The notes below the pieces were generated by a model that did no database searches, had not been told where the DNA came from, and saw only the letters and a list, made by a program, of their open reading frames with translations. Below, piece after piece: positions 10,505 through 19,353 of a stretch of DNA of 64,000 nt. Origin of the DNA: Desulfoplanes formicivorans. Its GTDB lineage: Bacteria > Desulfobacterota > Desulfovibrionia > Desulfovibrionales > Desulfomicrobiaceae. The stretch lies in the NCBI RefSeq assembly GCF_001748225.1, contig NZ_BDFE01000015.1, positions 361,437 to 425,436 on the forward strand, given 5' to 3'. Within the stretch, counting starts at the first letter, position 1, and the number at the start of each line of letters is the position of its first letter. Position numbers and translations under genes: made by a program.

Positions 10505-12052
10505 GTGCGGGAGGTTGGTTGCCTGAAAGACCATCAGCCGAAAGGAAGCCTCGGGACCGCGCAATGTATTGATTGCCCACAATTGTGTTTGCAGCCACAA
10601 GGAGTTTTTTTGCCCAACCCACTTCGGCCGGATCCGGCCCATCCCTTTCAGATCGTCAAGTTTCTTTCGTGGGGATCGCTCATCTTGATCCTGGGGTTCA
10701 GTCTTTTTTTGTCCGTTTTTTTGGCAAATTATGCCCGCAACATGGTTTTGCAGAAAAAAAAGGACTTTGCCCTGCTTCTGGCCGAGAACCTGAATCATCA
10801 GATCTACCAGCGCTTCACCCTGCCCACGGTTTTGGGGTTTGGCCGGGTTCAGCTGAAGCAAAAGGCCCAGTACAAGCGGTTGGATCAGGTGGTTATCTCG
10901 ACCATTCACAGCTTTCATGTTCTTGATGTGCGCATTTACGATACCTCCAGCCGGATCGCCTACAGCATGAAGGAGGGAGCACTGGAAAAGCAGGAGATAG
11001 GCGGACGTCAGGTTCAGGAGGCCATTGAAAAGCAGCGGTTCAATTTCGAGCTTCTCAGCCGTTTGTCCAACTGGCATGCCCTGTTCACCCTGGATCCTCC
11101 GGCCAGGTCTTTTGTCCTCAGAACCACGTATCCGCTGCGGGCCGAGCGGAAACTGGGACGGCTGAGCGAAGCCGGGCCCCTCATGGGGGTTCTGGTCTTC
11201 ACCCAGGACATCACCGAGGATTACGAGCAGGTCATTCATTTTCAGCGGCTGATCATCGTAACCACGTTTTTGTCCTTTCTGGTTCTTTTTTTTCTGCTGT
11301 GGGTGCTGATCATCCGGGCCGACAGAATTTTTGCCGAGCGCATGCGGGAAAAGAAAAAACTGGAAGACGAACTGCACCAGAACGAAAAACTGGCTTCCAT
11401 GGGCCGTATGGTCGCTTCCATTGCCCATGAGATCCGCAATCCCTTGGGAATCATCCGCAGCAGTGCAGAATTGCTGCTCAAAAGGGCCCGCAAGGAAAAG
11501 GACTCCCGGGCCGGGATCATCCAGGCGGTGCTGGACGAGGCCGAGCGGCTGGGCCGGATCGTGAACGATTTTCTGGACTATGCCCGGCCCAAAACTCCCA
11601 ACAGGGCTGTTCTGGATCTGTGCCGCATTGTTGATCATGTTCTGGCCTTTCTGGAGAATGATCTCGAGGCCCGCCAGATTGCCATTGTCCGGGATTGTCC
11701 GGCCAAGACCCTGATCCAGGGAGACAACGATCTTTTGTACCGGGCCGTGTACAACCTGGTCATCAATGCCACCCAGGCCATGGACGGGCCGGGAACCATC
11801 CGGATCACCGCCTTTGAGCTGGGCCGGGAGGTGATTCTGGAAATCTGTGATACCGGTTCGGGATTTGATGCGGACATGCTCGAGAAGTATCTGGAGCCCT
11901 TTTATACCACCAAGGATTTCGGAACCGGTCTGGGGTTGTCCATTGTGTCCACCATTTTGCAGTCCCATGGGGCCCGACTGGAATTGGACAATGCCCCGGA
12001 AGGCGGAGGCGTGGTTCGTATCGTTTTTGTCCGGCCGGATGCATTGGCTTGA
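10505..12052 (+). CDS. Sensor histidine kinase (one N-terminal TM segment, HisKA + HATPase_c)
   Basis: H-box SIAHEIRNPLGIIRSSAELL plus N, G1 and G2 boxes (GTGLGLSIV). The start is uncertain: GTG at 10505, or TTG at ~10603 after AGGAG. Confidence 0.8.
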   Translation: MREVGCLKDHQPKGSLGTAQCIDCPQLCLQPQGVFLPNPLRPDPAHPFQIVKFLSWGSLILILGFSLFLSVFLANYARNMVLQKKKDFALLLAENLNHQIYQRFTLPTVLGFGRVQLKQKAQYKRLDQVVISTIHSFHVLDVRIYDTSSRIAYSMKEGALEKQEIGGRQVQEAIEKQRFNFELLSRLSNWHALFTLDPPARSFVLRTTYPLRAERKLGRLSEAGPLMGVLVFTQDITEDYEQVIHFQRLIIVTTFLSFLVLFFLLWVLIIRADRIFAERMREKKKLEDELHQNEKLASMGRMVASIAHEIRNPLGIIRSSAELLLKRARKEKDSRAGIIQAVLDEAERLGRIVNDFLDYARPKTPNRAVLDLCRIVDHVLAFLENDLEARQIAIVRDCPAKTLIQGDNDLLYRAVYNLVINATQAMDGPGTIRITAFELGREVILEICDTGSGFDADMLEKYLEPFYTTKDFGTGLGLSIVSTILQSHGARLELDNAPEGGGVVRIVFVRPDALA

Positions 12053-12090
12053 ACGCCTGTCAACAGAACGTTCCGGTAATTTGAGAATGA

Positions 12091-13500
12091 ATGAATGAGG
12101 AAGACATGGAATACGAGGAAAACATCTCCGGAAACATTCTGATCCTGGACGATGAAAAGAATTATCTGCTTGTTCTTCAGGCCATTCTCGAGGATGAAGG
12201 GTATGCGGTAACCGCCCTAGATGATCCCCGTTTGGGAATGACTTTTCTGGACGAGTCCGAGGTGGACGTCCTGGTTACGGACATGAAAATGCCCGGGATG
12301 AGCGGTGAAGAGGTCCTTGACCGGGTCAAAAGGGATTATCCGCATATTCCCGTACTCATCATGACCGCCTTTGGGAGTATCGACAATGCCGTGGAGGCCA
12401 TGAAATGCGGAGCCTTTGATTATATCACAAAGCCTTTTTCCAATGAAGACCTGTTGCTGTCGGTGAACAAGGCCATGAAATTGGCCCGGGCCGAACAGAA
12501 GAATCGCCTTTTACGCCAGTCCATCACCCAGCAGTTTGGCAAACATCACATCCTGGGCCAGTCCAAGGCCATCATGGAGGTCCTGGCTCTCATGGACAGG
12601 GTGGCGGGCTCCAAGAGTTCGGTCCTTGTCACGGGGGAGTCGGGCACGGGCAAGGAACTCGTTGCTCGGGGTATTCATGCTTCATCGGACAGACGGGACA
12701 ATCCGTTCATTTCCGTGAACTGCATGTCATTGAATCCCGGGGTATTGGAAAGTGAGCTTTTTGGGCATGAAAAGGGTTCCTTTACCGGAGCCGTGGCCAG
12801 AAAGCGGGGGCGGTTCGAACAGGCCCATGGCGGAACCCTGTTTCTTGACGAGATCGGCGAACTTTCTGCGGAGTTGCAGGTCAAGTTGCTGCGCGTCCTT
12901 CAGGAACGGGTCATCGAACGGGTGGGAGGGACCACGCCCATTGAGGTGGACTTCAGGCTCATCTGCGCCACCAACAGAGATCTCAAGGCCGAGGTCGAAC
13001 AAGGGCGATTCCGAGAGGATCTCTTTTATCGTCTCAACGTGGTCCACATCCACGTCCCCCCCCTGCGCGAGCGCAGGGAGGACATTCCCCTGCTGGCCGC
13101 CCAGTTTCTGCTTCGATATGCCAGGGAAAACGAGTTGCCCGACAAGACCCTGTCCACCAAGGCGTTGCAGGCTTTGACCGCTTATGAGTGGCCAGGCAAT
13201 GTCCGCCAACTCCAAAATGTCATCGAACGGAGCGTGGTACTCTCTCCTCATGAAACCATTGAACCAGATGATCTGCCTGCCGAGATCAGGGATGAGGAAA
13301 CCCAGTTCAAGAGTGCTGTGGATCTGCTGCCTTCGGAATTGGATCTGGCCCGGACCATGGAAAAGATCGAGGCCGCTCTTATCCGCAGGGCTCTGGTTCA
13401 AAGCCGGTTTATCAAGGTCAAGGCCGCGGAACTTTTGGGTATTTCAAAAAGCCTTTTGCAGTATAAGCTCAAGAAATACAGCATCTCTTCGCGTCCCTGA
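12091..13500 (+). CDS. Sigma-54-dependent response regulator (NtrC family: REC + AAA+ + Fis-type HTH)
   Basis: Receiver domain (ILILDDE...DMKMPGMSG), Walker A GESGTGKE, GAFTGA-like motif (GSFTGA) and a C-terminal HTH. Alternative start at 12106. Confidence 0.9.
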   Translation: MNEEDMEYEENISGNILILDDEKNYLLVLQAILEDEGYAVTALDDPRLGMTFLDESEVDVLVTDMKMPGMSGEEVLDRVKRDYPHIPVLIMTAFGSIDNAVEAMKCGAFDYITKPFSNEDLLLSVNKAMKLARAEQKNRLLRQSITQQFGKHHILGQSKAIMEVLALMDRVAGSKSSVLVTGESGTGKELVARGIHASSDRRDNPFISVNCMSLNPGVLESELFGHEKGSFTGAVARKRGRFEQAHGGTLFLDEIGELSAELQVKLLRVLQERVIERVGGTTPIEVDFRLICATNRDLKAEVEQGRFREDLFYRLNVVHIHVPPLRERREDIPLLAAQFLLRYARENELPDKTLSTKALQALTAYEWPGNVRQLQNVIERSVVLSPHETIEPDDLPAEIRDEETQFKSAVDLLPSELDLARTMEKIEAALIRRALVQSRFIKVKAAELLGISKSLLQYKLKKYSISSRP

Positions 13501-13526
13501 CAGCTTTTTCACCTCGTTGAGACCCC

Positions 13527-16500
13527 ATGAATAGCCAACCCGATGCAGCCGCTTTGTGGGCAGGTAAACTGCGCTCTCTCTTTGCAAGTGGAGACTATAC
13601 GCGCTGGGATGACCTCCCCAAGATCATCACCAAGATCGTGAAGGAATACGACACGAGCGTGGCTGAAGATACCGAAAGCAACGCCTGGGCTGAAGTGCGG
13701 ACGTTTTTGTTTAGGTTGGCGTCCAGGACGGCTCAATGCCCCCTGGCCGTGTCGTGCGCGCATGGATTACTTCATTTTGGGGGCCCGGGAAGGGCGATGG
13801 CTCTGCATATCCTTTCCCGGCCCTCATGGAGTGAAAACGAGGTCGTCGCCCTTCTTGAACGGTTCAACACATTGGAAACATTATGTATGGTGCATCAAGC
13901 CTTGTTGGAGCCGTGCACGTGCAAGGGCTTTTTGCGCACGTGGGCCGAAGGGCAACTCAAACGCTCAAGCGGTTTTGATCCTGAAATTATCTATGCTTTT
14001 TGTGTGCGCATGGGTCGGGAGGGCACTCGGTTGGCTTTCCTTCTCCTGCAACATCTTCTAGGTGGCGGGTTTGCACCCTGGTTTGAAACGTTTCTGCAAA
14101 GCTTTCGGGATGCTGGGGTTCAAGAGGATGGAGTGTTCGCCGTGCATGCCCTGGGTGAACCTTTGTTTGTCCTGATGCTTGCCGATCATCTTCAGGCCCT
14201 TTCTGCAGACAGGCGTATCCGATTTTGCAGGACTGCTGCCGAGCTTTGCCGGGATCAGGCGTCTGCCTTGGGCAGACGTCTTGTGCCCCAGCTAATAGTG
14301 TTGGACGCGGCGACTGTGTGTGCGGTGGTTCGTTGTCTGCTTCTCGTGAAGTGGCCCAAGACCCGTGATGTCTTGCGCCTTCTTGCTCACAAAAGACCTG
14401 AATTGGCACCACTCCTTGAGCATTTTGCTTTTTTTGTCCCCAGCCCATGGGCCATGGGCAGCACTCCCAAACAGGTTCATAGTAATTCGCCTGCTGTAAA
14501 CCGGGCCCTTCTTGCAGGACTTTGTCGCATTGATCCTGATGGTATGGCTAAAATGTGTTCGGCAACGGTGTGGCCAGAAGCAAACCAGGATGATTGCCAT
14601 GTTGTTGCTGACTATGCCCGGGAGTGTTCGCATTGGAGACAGGTCCCGTCGCAACCGACGTTTTGCGGTCCTGACTCATCGGAATGCAAGAAAGGGCGCT
14701 GGCAAAGCCTGTTCCATCTGTTTACCCCCAGGAATACGCTGCTTGAAGAAGCTTTGCATCCCTATGACGGGCTGACAGATCGTCATTTCAAGCAAGACCA
14801 TCTCCACGACCGGGTTATTTCTTCTTGCACGATACGCAATGTGGTGTTTGATGCGTGCTCTTTCACCCATACGGTTTTCGAAAAAGTCCGTTTTCTGGAA
14901 TGCACTTTTACCGCAATCCATTTGAGGGCATGCATCTTCAAAGAATGCACCTTTTCCAGATGTATGTTCAATCAAGGGGCCATGCATGAAATCTCTATGC
15001 AGGGCTGCTTTCTGGAGGATGTGGAAGTTTCCCGGTTTTTGTTTGATGCGTGTTCTTTCTCCCGTCACCGGTTGCAGGGGGGCATGATCGATCAGGTTGC
15101 CTTGCGTACGTGCTCGTTGGAACGCGGCGCCGTGGACATGTGCCTTGTTAGACGGGTTTGCTGGGATACATGCACCCTGTCTTCCGTCAGGATCATCGGT
15201 ACAATGGTGGAGGACGCGTGGATGAGCCGGGCAGAGTGGCATGGGGTGGAGCTTGTTGCCTGTAGGTTGGAGAGGACTCATTTTTTGGGATTGCTCATGC
15301 GCAATGCCAGGGTGGATGACACCCGGTTAACTTCCTGCTGGTTTGAAGGGCTGGATTCCCTGGAGCCGGTTTTCTATGCTTCTTGGCTGGATTCCCTTTT
15401 CTGGGATGTCTGTTTTGAGACCGGGAAGCATGATGCCTTGCCTGAGAGTCTTGATTCGAAATGGGTGCAGGATGTTCTTGTGGCCTGGCGTTACGAGCAG
15501 GTTGTACGGACAACCGAGCAAACCATGTTGCACAACAACAGGCGGCGTATGAACCTGGCCAGCGAAAAGTTTGCGTCTGGCCGGGATGATTTTTTTCGAG
15601 TGCTTCCCTGTTTGTTGTGTTCGTCAAACTTCGAAGAATACATGGGGCTGCAGGGGATACCCAGGTGCACCATTGATGGGTTTACGCCCGACTATTCTCA
15701 GTTATGTATATTGGACAAGCTTTTTCCGTCCATCAGCGAACGTTCGCTGCCTGACGAACACACTACCATTGTTCGTATTGCTGCTGTCTATACCCTGGGC
15801 AGTCTGGGCACGGTGGCCCAGAACAGCAACTCCGATGTAGACGTTTGGGTGTGTCTTGCTGATTCGCAAACGGATACGGTCATGCGTTCCCGGGTGGACA
15901 TGAAATGTGAGGCGCTTTCTCGGTGGGCCAGGGAAGAGTATGACCTGGAGCTACATTTTTTTGTCATGACCCTGGATGCCATCAGGTCTAACCATTTCGG
16001 CATGTTGTCCAGGGAAGGCTCGGGATCGGCTCAGGCCTTGCTTCTCAAAGAGGAGTTTTACCGTACCGCCTTGTTTCTTGGGGGACGCCCTCCCGCATGG
16101 TGGGCGATTCCCTGTTGGACGAGCCGCGTCCAGGAAGGATGTGTGCTTTGTCCTGAAAGGGATGCGCGCAGTTGTGATCTTGGGGAGATCAGCGCCATTC
16201 CCCAGGAAGAGTTTTTCGGGGCTTCTCTGTGGCAAATCGTGGGTTCGGCGCGCAATCCCTATAAGGCCCTGCTCAAGCTGGGATTGCTCGAAAAATACGC
16301 TGTCCAAGGGGCGTCGTTGCACAACATGCTTTCGGAGGCCATCAAGGGCAATCTCCTGCACGGGAAGCAGGAGGTTTCCCAGATCGATCCCTATGGCCTG
16401 CTCTATCACGAGCTTGTACTATTTTACAGCCGATTGGGAGATCGTGAAGGGTGCACCCTGCTCAAGGAAAGTTTTCAGTCCAAGATCCGGATGGAGGAAA

Positions 16501-17390
16501 TGGATCTTTCATGTGGTTACCCCCGTCGGCGTGAAGAGCAAAGCCTGCTTTCCCTGTATGGTCCGTCTTCCCGCATTTCCAGGGACAAGATCGCGGCCCT
16601 GGGTAAACGGTGGAGCATGGCCAAGACCCTTGAAAGGGGCGAGGCCATGAGCTCATTCATGATCAGGGCATACAAACGGATTCAAGGCAAAGTTTCAGCC
16701 AGGGGGAAGGATGTTGCCATCCGTCCCGAAGAGATGACCATGCTCGGGAGAACCATTTTGTCGTATTTTGGTCGGGAACCAGGCAAGGTGCGCCGGATGT
16801 TCTTGATGGAAAAGGATACGGACTACCGGGAAATCTATTTGTATGGCGAGAAAACGTCCGACGGGAAGCATGTGTACGCGGCCAAGGCCCGCAGAGAGCA
16901 CCAACCTAGGATTCTGGAGAGTCTCGAAGTGGTTCGCAGGGATCACAACCCCTTTAGGCTGGTTGCCTGGCTTGCGGTCAACAAATTATTCAGGCCCGGT
17001 GTGGAGGTGAGCGGTAATCCGACCTTGGCCCCCCTGTCCGTATCTTTTTTGCAGGGGGCCCTGCAGGGGGTGTTGGAAACCTTCCCGCCCGAAGATGTGT
17101 TTCGTGTCAAGCAGGAAGAGCTGCTGGAAGAAAAGCGGATAAAAAAGGTGCTTTGTTTCCTGCAAAAGGGGCCCGAGGCAGACGAGGGTGCGGTGGCAGG
17201 TGCGGATATTCTCTATTCCACATCCTGGGGGGAGCTGTACGGTGTGCACCTGGACCATCCGGCCGCGACCATCCGGACCGATCCCTTGGAGTTTTTCGCG
17301 CGTAACCTGCCCTGCCCTCTGGACTGGGAAGCCAAGTTGTACCAGTATCGAACGTCAACAGGCAGAATCATGCCTTTGGTATCCACATAA
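13527..17390 (+). CDS. cyaA: Class I adenylate cyclase (CyaA-type catalytic core) fused to a ~740-aa N-terminal extension containing pentapeptide-type repeats
   Basis: Residues ~750-1100 align to E. coli CyaA: YTLGSLGTVAQNSNSDVDVWVC (E. coli [22 protein letters not shown]), LLLKEEFYRTALFLGG (LLLDEFYRTAVRLAG), EEFFGASLWQIVGSARNPYKALLKLGLLEKY ([31 protein letters not shown]). Residues ~430-610 form a run of A(D/N)LxF-like pentapeptide repeats (VVFDACSFTHTVFEKVRFLECTFTAIHLRACIFKECTFSRCMF...). It is a single uninterrupted ORF. Confidence 0.75.
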   Translation: MNSQPDAAALWAGKLRSLFASGDYTRWDDLPKIITKIVKEYDTSVAEDTESNAWAEVRTFLFRLASRTAQCPLAVSCAHGLLHFGGPGRAMALHILSRPSWSENEVVALLERFNTLETLCMVHQALLEPCTCKGFLRTWAEGQLKRSSGFDPEIIYAFCVRMGREGTRLAFLLLQHLLGGGFAPWFETFLQSFRDAGVQEDGVFAVHALGEPLFVLMLADHLQALSADRRIRFCRTAAELCRDQASALGRRLVPQLIVLDAATVCAVVRCLLLVKWPKTRDVLRLLAHKRPELAPLLEHFAFFVPSPWAMGSTPKQVHSNSPAVNRALLAGLCRIDPDGMAKMCSATVWPEANQDDCHVVADYARECSHWRQVPSQPTFCGPDSSECKKGRWQSLFHLFTPRNTLLEEALHPYDGLTDRHFKQDHLHDRVISSCTIRNVVFDACSFTHTVFEKVRFLECTFTAIHLRACIFKECTFSRCMFNQGAMHEISMQGCFLEDVEVSRFLFDACSFSRHRLQGGMIDQVALRTCSLERGAVDMCLVRRVCWDTCTLSSVRIIGTMVEDAWMSRAEWHGVELVACRLERTHFLGLLMRNARVDDTRLTSCWFEGLDSLEPVFYASWLDSLFWDVCFETGKHDALPESLDSKWVQDVLVAWRYEQVVRTTEQTMLHNNRRRMNLASEKFASGRDDFFRVLPCLLCSSNFEEYMGLQGIPRCTIDGFTPDYSQLCILDKLFPSISERSLPDEHTTIVRIAAVYTLGSLGTVAQNSNSDVDVWVCLADSQTDTVMRSRVDMKCEALSRWAREEYDLELHFFVMTLDAIRSNHFGMLSREGSGSAQALLLKEEFYRTALFLGGRPPAWWAIPCWTSRVQEGCVLCPERDARSCDLGEISAIPQEEFFGASLWQIVGSARNPYKALLKLGLLEKYAVQGASLHNMLSEAIKGNLLHGKQEVSQIDPYGLLYHELVLFYSRLGDREGCTLLKESFQSKIRMEEMDLSCGYPRRREEQSLLSLYGPSSRISRDKIAALGKRWSMAKTLERGEAMSSFMIRAYKRIQGKVSARGKDVAIRPEEMTMLGRTILSYFGREPGKVRRMFLMEKDTDYREIYLYGEKTSDGKHVYAAKARREHQPRILESLEVVRRDHNPFRLVAWLAVNKLFRPGVEVSGNPTLAPLSVSFLQGALQGVLETFPPEDVFRVKQEELLEEKRIKKVLCFLQKGPEADEGAVAGADILYSTSWGELYGVHLDHPAATIRTDPLEFFARNLPCPLDWEAKLYQYRTSTGRIMPLVST

Positions 17391-17420
17391 TCGAAACAAG
17401 TCGGCTCAAAGGAGAAACAC

Positions 17421-17903
17421 ATGGAACTATTGACCGTACCCCTTGAAAAACCCCAGGACATGAATTGTATCCTTGGTCAATCCCATTTCATCAAGACGGT
17501 GGAAGATCTGCACGAAGCCATGGTCAATGCCGTGCCCATGGCCAAGTTCGGGATCGCCTTTTGCGAGGCCTCCCAGGACTGTCTGGTCCGGTACTCGGGA
17601 ACCGATCCGGAACTCGTGGAGCTGGCCAAGAAAAATGCCTATGCCCTGGCTGCCGGACATGTGTTCATCATCCTCATGAAGGATTTGTTCCCCCTCAACG
17701 TGCTCAATGCCGTCAAGAACGTCAACGAGGTCTGTCGCGTGTTCTGCGCCACGGCCAATCCTGTTGAGGTTATCATTGCCCAGACCACGCAGGGCCGAGG
17801 AGTTCTGGGTGTTGTGGATGGGTTCGCCTCCAAGGGCATTGAGACCGAAAAAGACATTGCCGCGCGCAAGGAGTTTTTACGGGCCATCGGCTACAAGGGA
17901 TAA
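17421..17903 (+). CDS. Conserved 160-aa protein, possibly of the adenosine-specific-kinase-like family (PF04008-like); co-transcribed with cyaA
   Basis: MELLTVPLEKPQDMNCILGQSHFIKTVEDLHEAMV... resembles small archaeal/anaerobe proteins of that family, from memory only. 31-nt gap after cyaA, GGAG SD, strong terminator right after. Confidence 0.4.
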   Translation: MELLTVPLEKPQDMNCILGQSHFIKTVEDLHEAMVNAVPMAKFGIAFCEASQDCLVRYSGTDPELVELAKKNAYALAAGHVFIILMKDLFPLNVLNAVKNVNEVCRVFCATANPVEVIIAQTTQGRGVLGVVDGFASKGIETEKDIAARKEFLRAIGYKG

Positions 17904-17938
17904 AGGGATAAGGCCCTTTGTGTACGCTTGACCATTAC

Positions 17939-17976
17939 ATCCTTTGCAGGTTGCTGCCTGCAAAGGATTACTTTTT
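17939..17976 (+). terminator. Rho-independent terminator of the cyaA two-gene operon
   Basis: 12-bp perfect stem ATCCTTTGCAGG/CCTGCAAAGGAT, 6-nt loop, then TACTTTTTGG. Confidence 0.7.
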
Positions 17977-18187
17977 GGAAACCCCAAAAGGTAAGACAAT
18001 CAAGGGCTTGGCAAAGAACTTATCGGGTCCGAAGTGTTTCCTGGGTGTAACATGCTGAAATGACAGCCACTGATTTGAGGGGCGCTGCCTGCTCACAGAC
18101 AGACCGTGCCATGGTATGGAAGATGCTACGGCAATGGATGGTTTTGGACCGGATTACCATTTTTCAAGATCATTCAAGGAGCGTCCC

Positions 18188-18547
18188 ATGTCCTGTCCTG
18201 GTTGTCTGCAACCATTTATCATCCTTTCCTCCCGCATCGTGAACAATCGGCTCCTGGATATCCGAGGCTTCACCCATGAAGGGATCCTTGATATCGAGTT
18301 GGTTCAGCATCCCGAGATCCCTCTTGGGGACGAGGAGCCGTCTCTGGCACAGGACGATGCCCTGGATACCATCGAGGCCTTCAGGGAGGGGCTCATGGAT
18401 CGTTTGGGTGAACGCGAAATGACCTGGCTCAGAATGCCCATCTCAGGCGTGTACTCCCTGGAGGTCCGACAGGCCGGAAGGGCGGTGCTCTTCTGGATGG
18501 GTCGGGAAAAGCAGGTCAGCTGGGCGCCGCTCAAGGAAGATGATTGA
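18188..18547 (+). CDS. Hypothetical protein (119 aa from the SD-supported ATG; ORF track start 18116)
   Basis: AAGGAG then 6 nt then ATG at 18188. GC-rich third positions. No recognisable family. Confidence 0.3.
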   Translation: MSCPGCLQPFIILSSRIVNNRLLDIRGFTHEGILDIELVQHPEIPLGDEEPSLAQDDALDTIEAFREGLMDRLGEREMTWLRMPISGVYSLEVRQAGRAVLFWMGREKQVSWAPLKEDD

Positions 18548-18676
18548 AATCCCCTTGTTATTTTAGGGGATAATAACGACAGGAACTTTCATGAAATTTC
18601 CATTGCCTTTTCTTGCCTTCTTGGGCAAGGCGGACTCAGGAAGACTGTCAAGGAACCACTCAAGGAGGCATGCAAT

Positions 18677-18901
18677 ATGTTCAAGGGAAGCGCTGTAACA
18701 TTGGGGGCCGGCGATCCCTATTTCTGTACCTGGAACGAACGGAATTCCCAAAGTTTTGTTCCCAAGCCGTCACCGCGTCTGTTCCACCGGCTCGAGGAAC
18801 ATGTTCTCGAACGGATTATCAGGGCGTGCGACCGTTTTTTTGCCGTGGCCATTTTTGCCTGTGGCTGGGTGATCAAGGCGGATGATTCGCCGTACAGATA
18901 G
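18677..18901 (+). CDS. Hypothetical small protein (74 aa)
   Basis: Strong SD AAGGAGG 8 nt before the ATG, GC3 ~64%, followed by a rho-independent terminator (18928-18958). No homology recognised. Confidence 0.25.
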   Translation: MFKGSAVTLGAGDPYFCTWNERNSQSFVPKPSPRLFHRLEEHVLERIIRACDRFFAVAIFACGWVIKADDSPYR

Positions 18902-18927
18902 AAAAGGTTGTTTGTGCGGTATTGCAA

Positions 18928-18958
18928 AAGCCCCTGCTTGCAGGGGCTTTTGTCGTTT
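18928..18958 (+). terminator. Rho-independent terminator
   Basis: Stem GCCCCTG/CAGGGGC followed by TTTTGTCGTTT. Confidence 0.55.
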
Positions 18959-19283
18959 GGGCTCCACCCAGGTGGAGCAGGAACCTGGAATCTGGCTAAA
19001 ATGTCAATATTGTTAAATATTATTTATTACAATATGATAAGAACTAAAGGAAAAGGTGCTGCCGGCTGGAGTTCAACGGTGCTGTGATTATAACTTGCTG
19101 AAACATAATGAATATTATGATTATGGACTCGGTTGTTGTTCCATGTGAATATAGTTTTCATAATTGTGTATGTGAACGAGGCCATGTCCCTTGGATGTTC
19201 TAAAAATAACAAAATTGTTCAAAGTAAAGTGCGTTTTGTGGGAAATATATTTTTTAATTAGTTATATCAATACATTAAGAATA

Positions 19284-19299
19284 TGGCACCTCTCTTGCT
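19284..19299 (+). promoter_or_regulatory. Sigma-54 (-24/-12) promoter for amtB-glnK
   Basis: TGGCACctctcTTGCT is an exact match to the RpoN consensus TGGCAC-N5-TTGCW, 55 nt upstream of the amtB ATG and downstream of a ~300-bp AT-rich (~30% GC) enhancer-like region. Confidence 0.8.
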
Positions 19300-19353
19300 G
19301 TTTGTGGGGAACAACAATGTTTTCCAACCAATTGCAACAAGGGAGGTTTTTTT

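Noticed and set aside
10427-11968. 513-aa minus-strand ORF opposite the histidine kinase gene
   Set aside because: It is antisense to a CDS with clear H/N/G boxes and has no homology.
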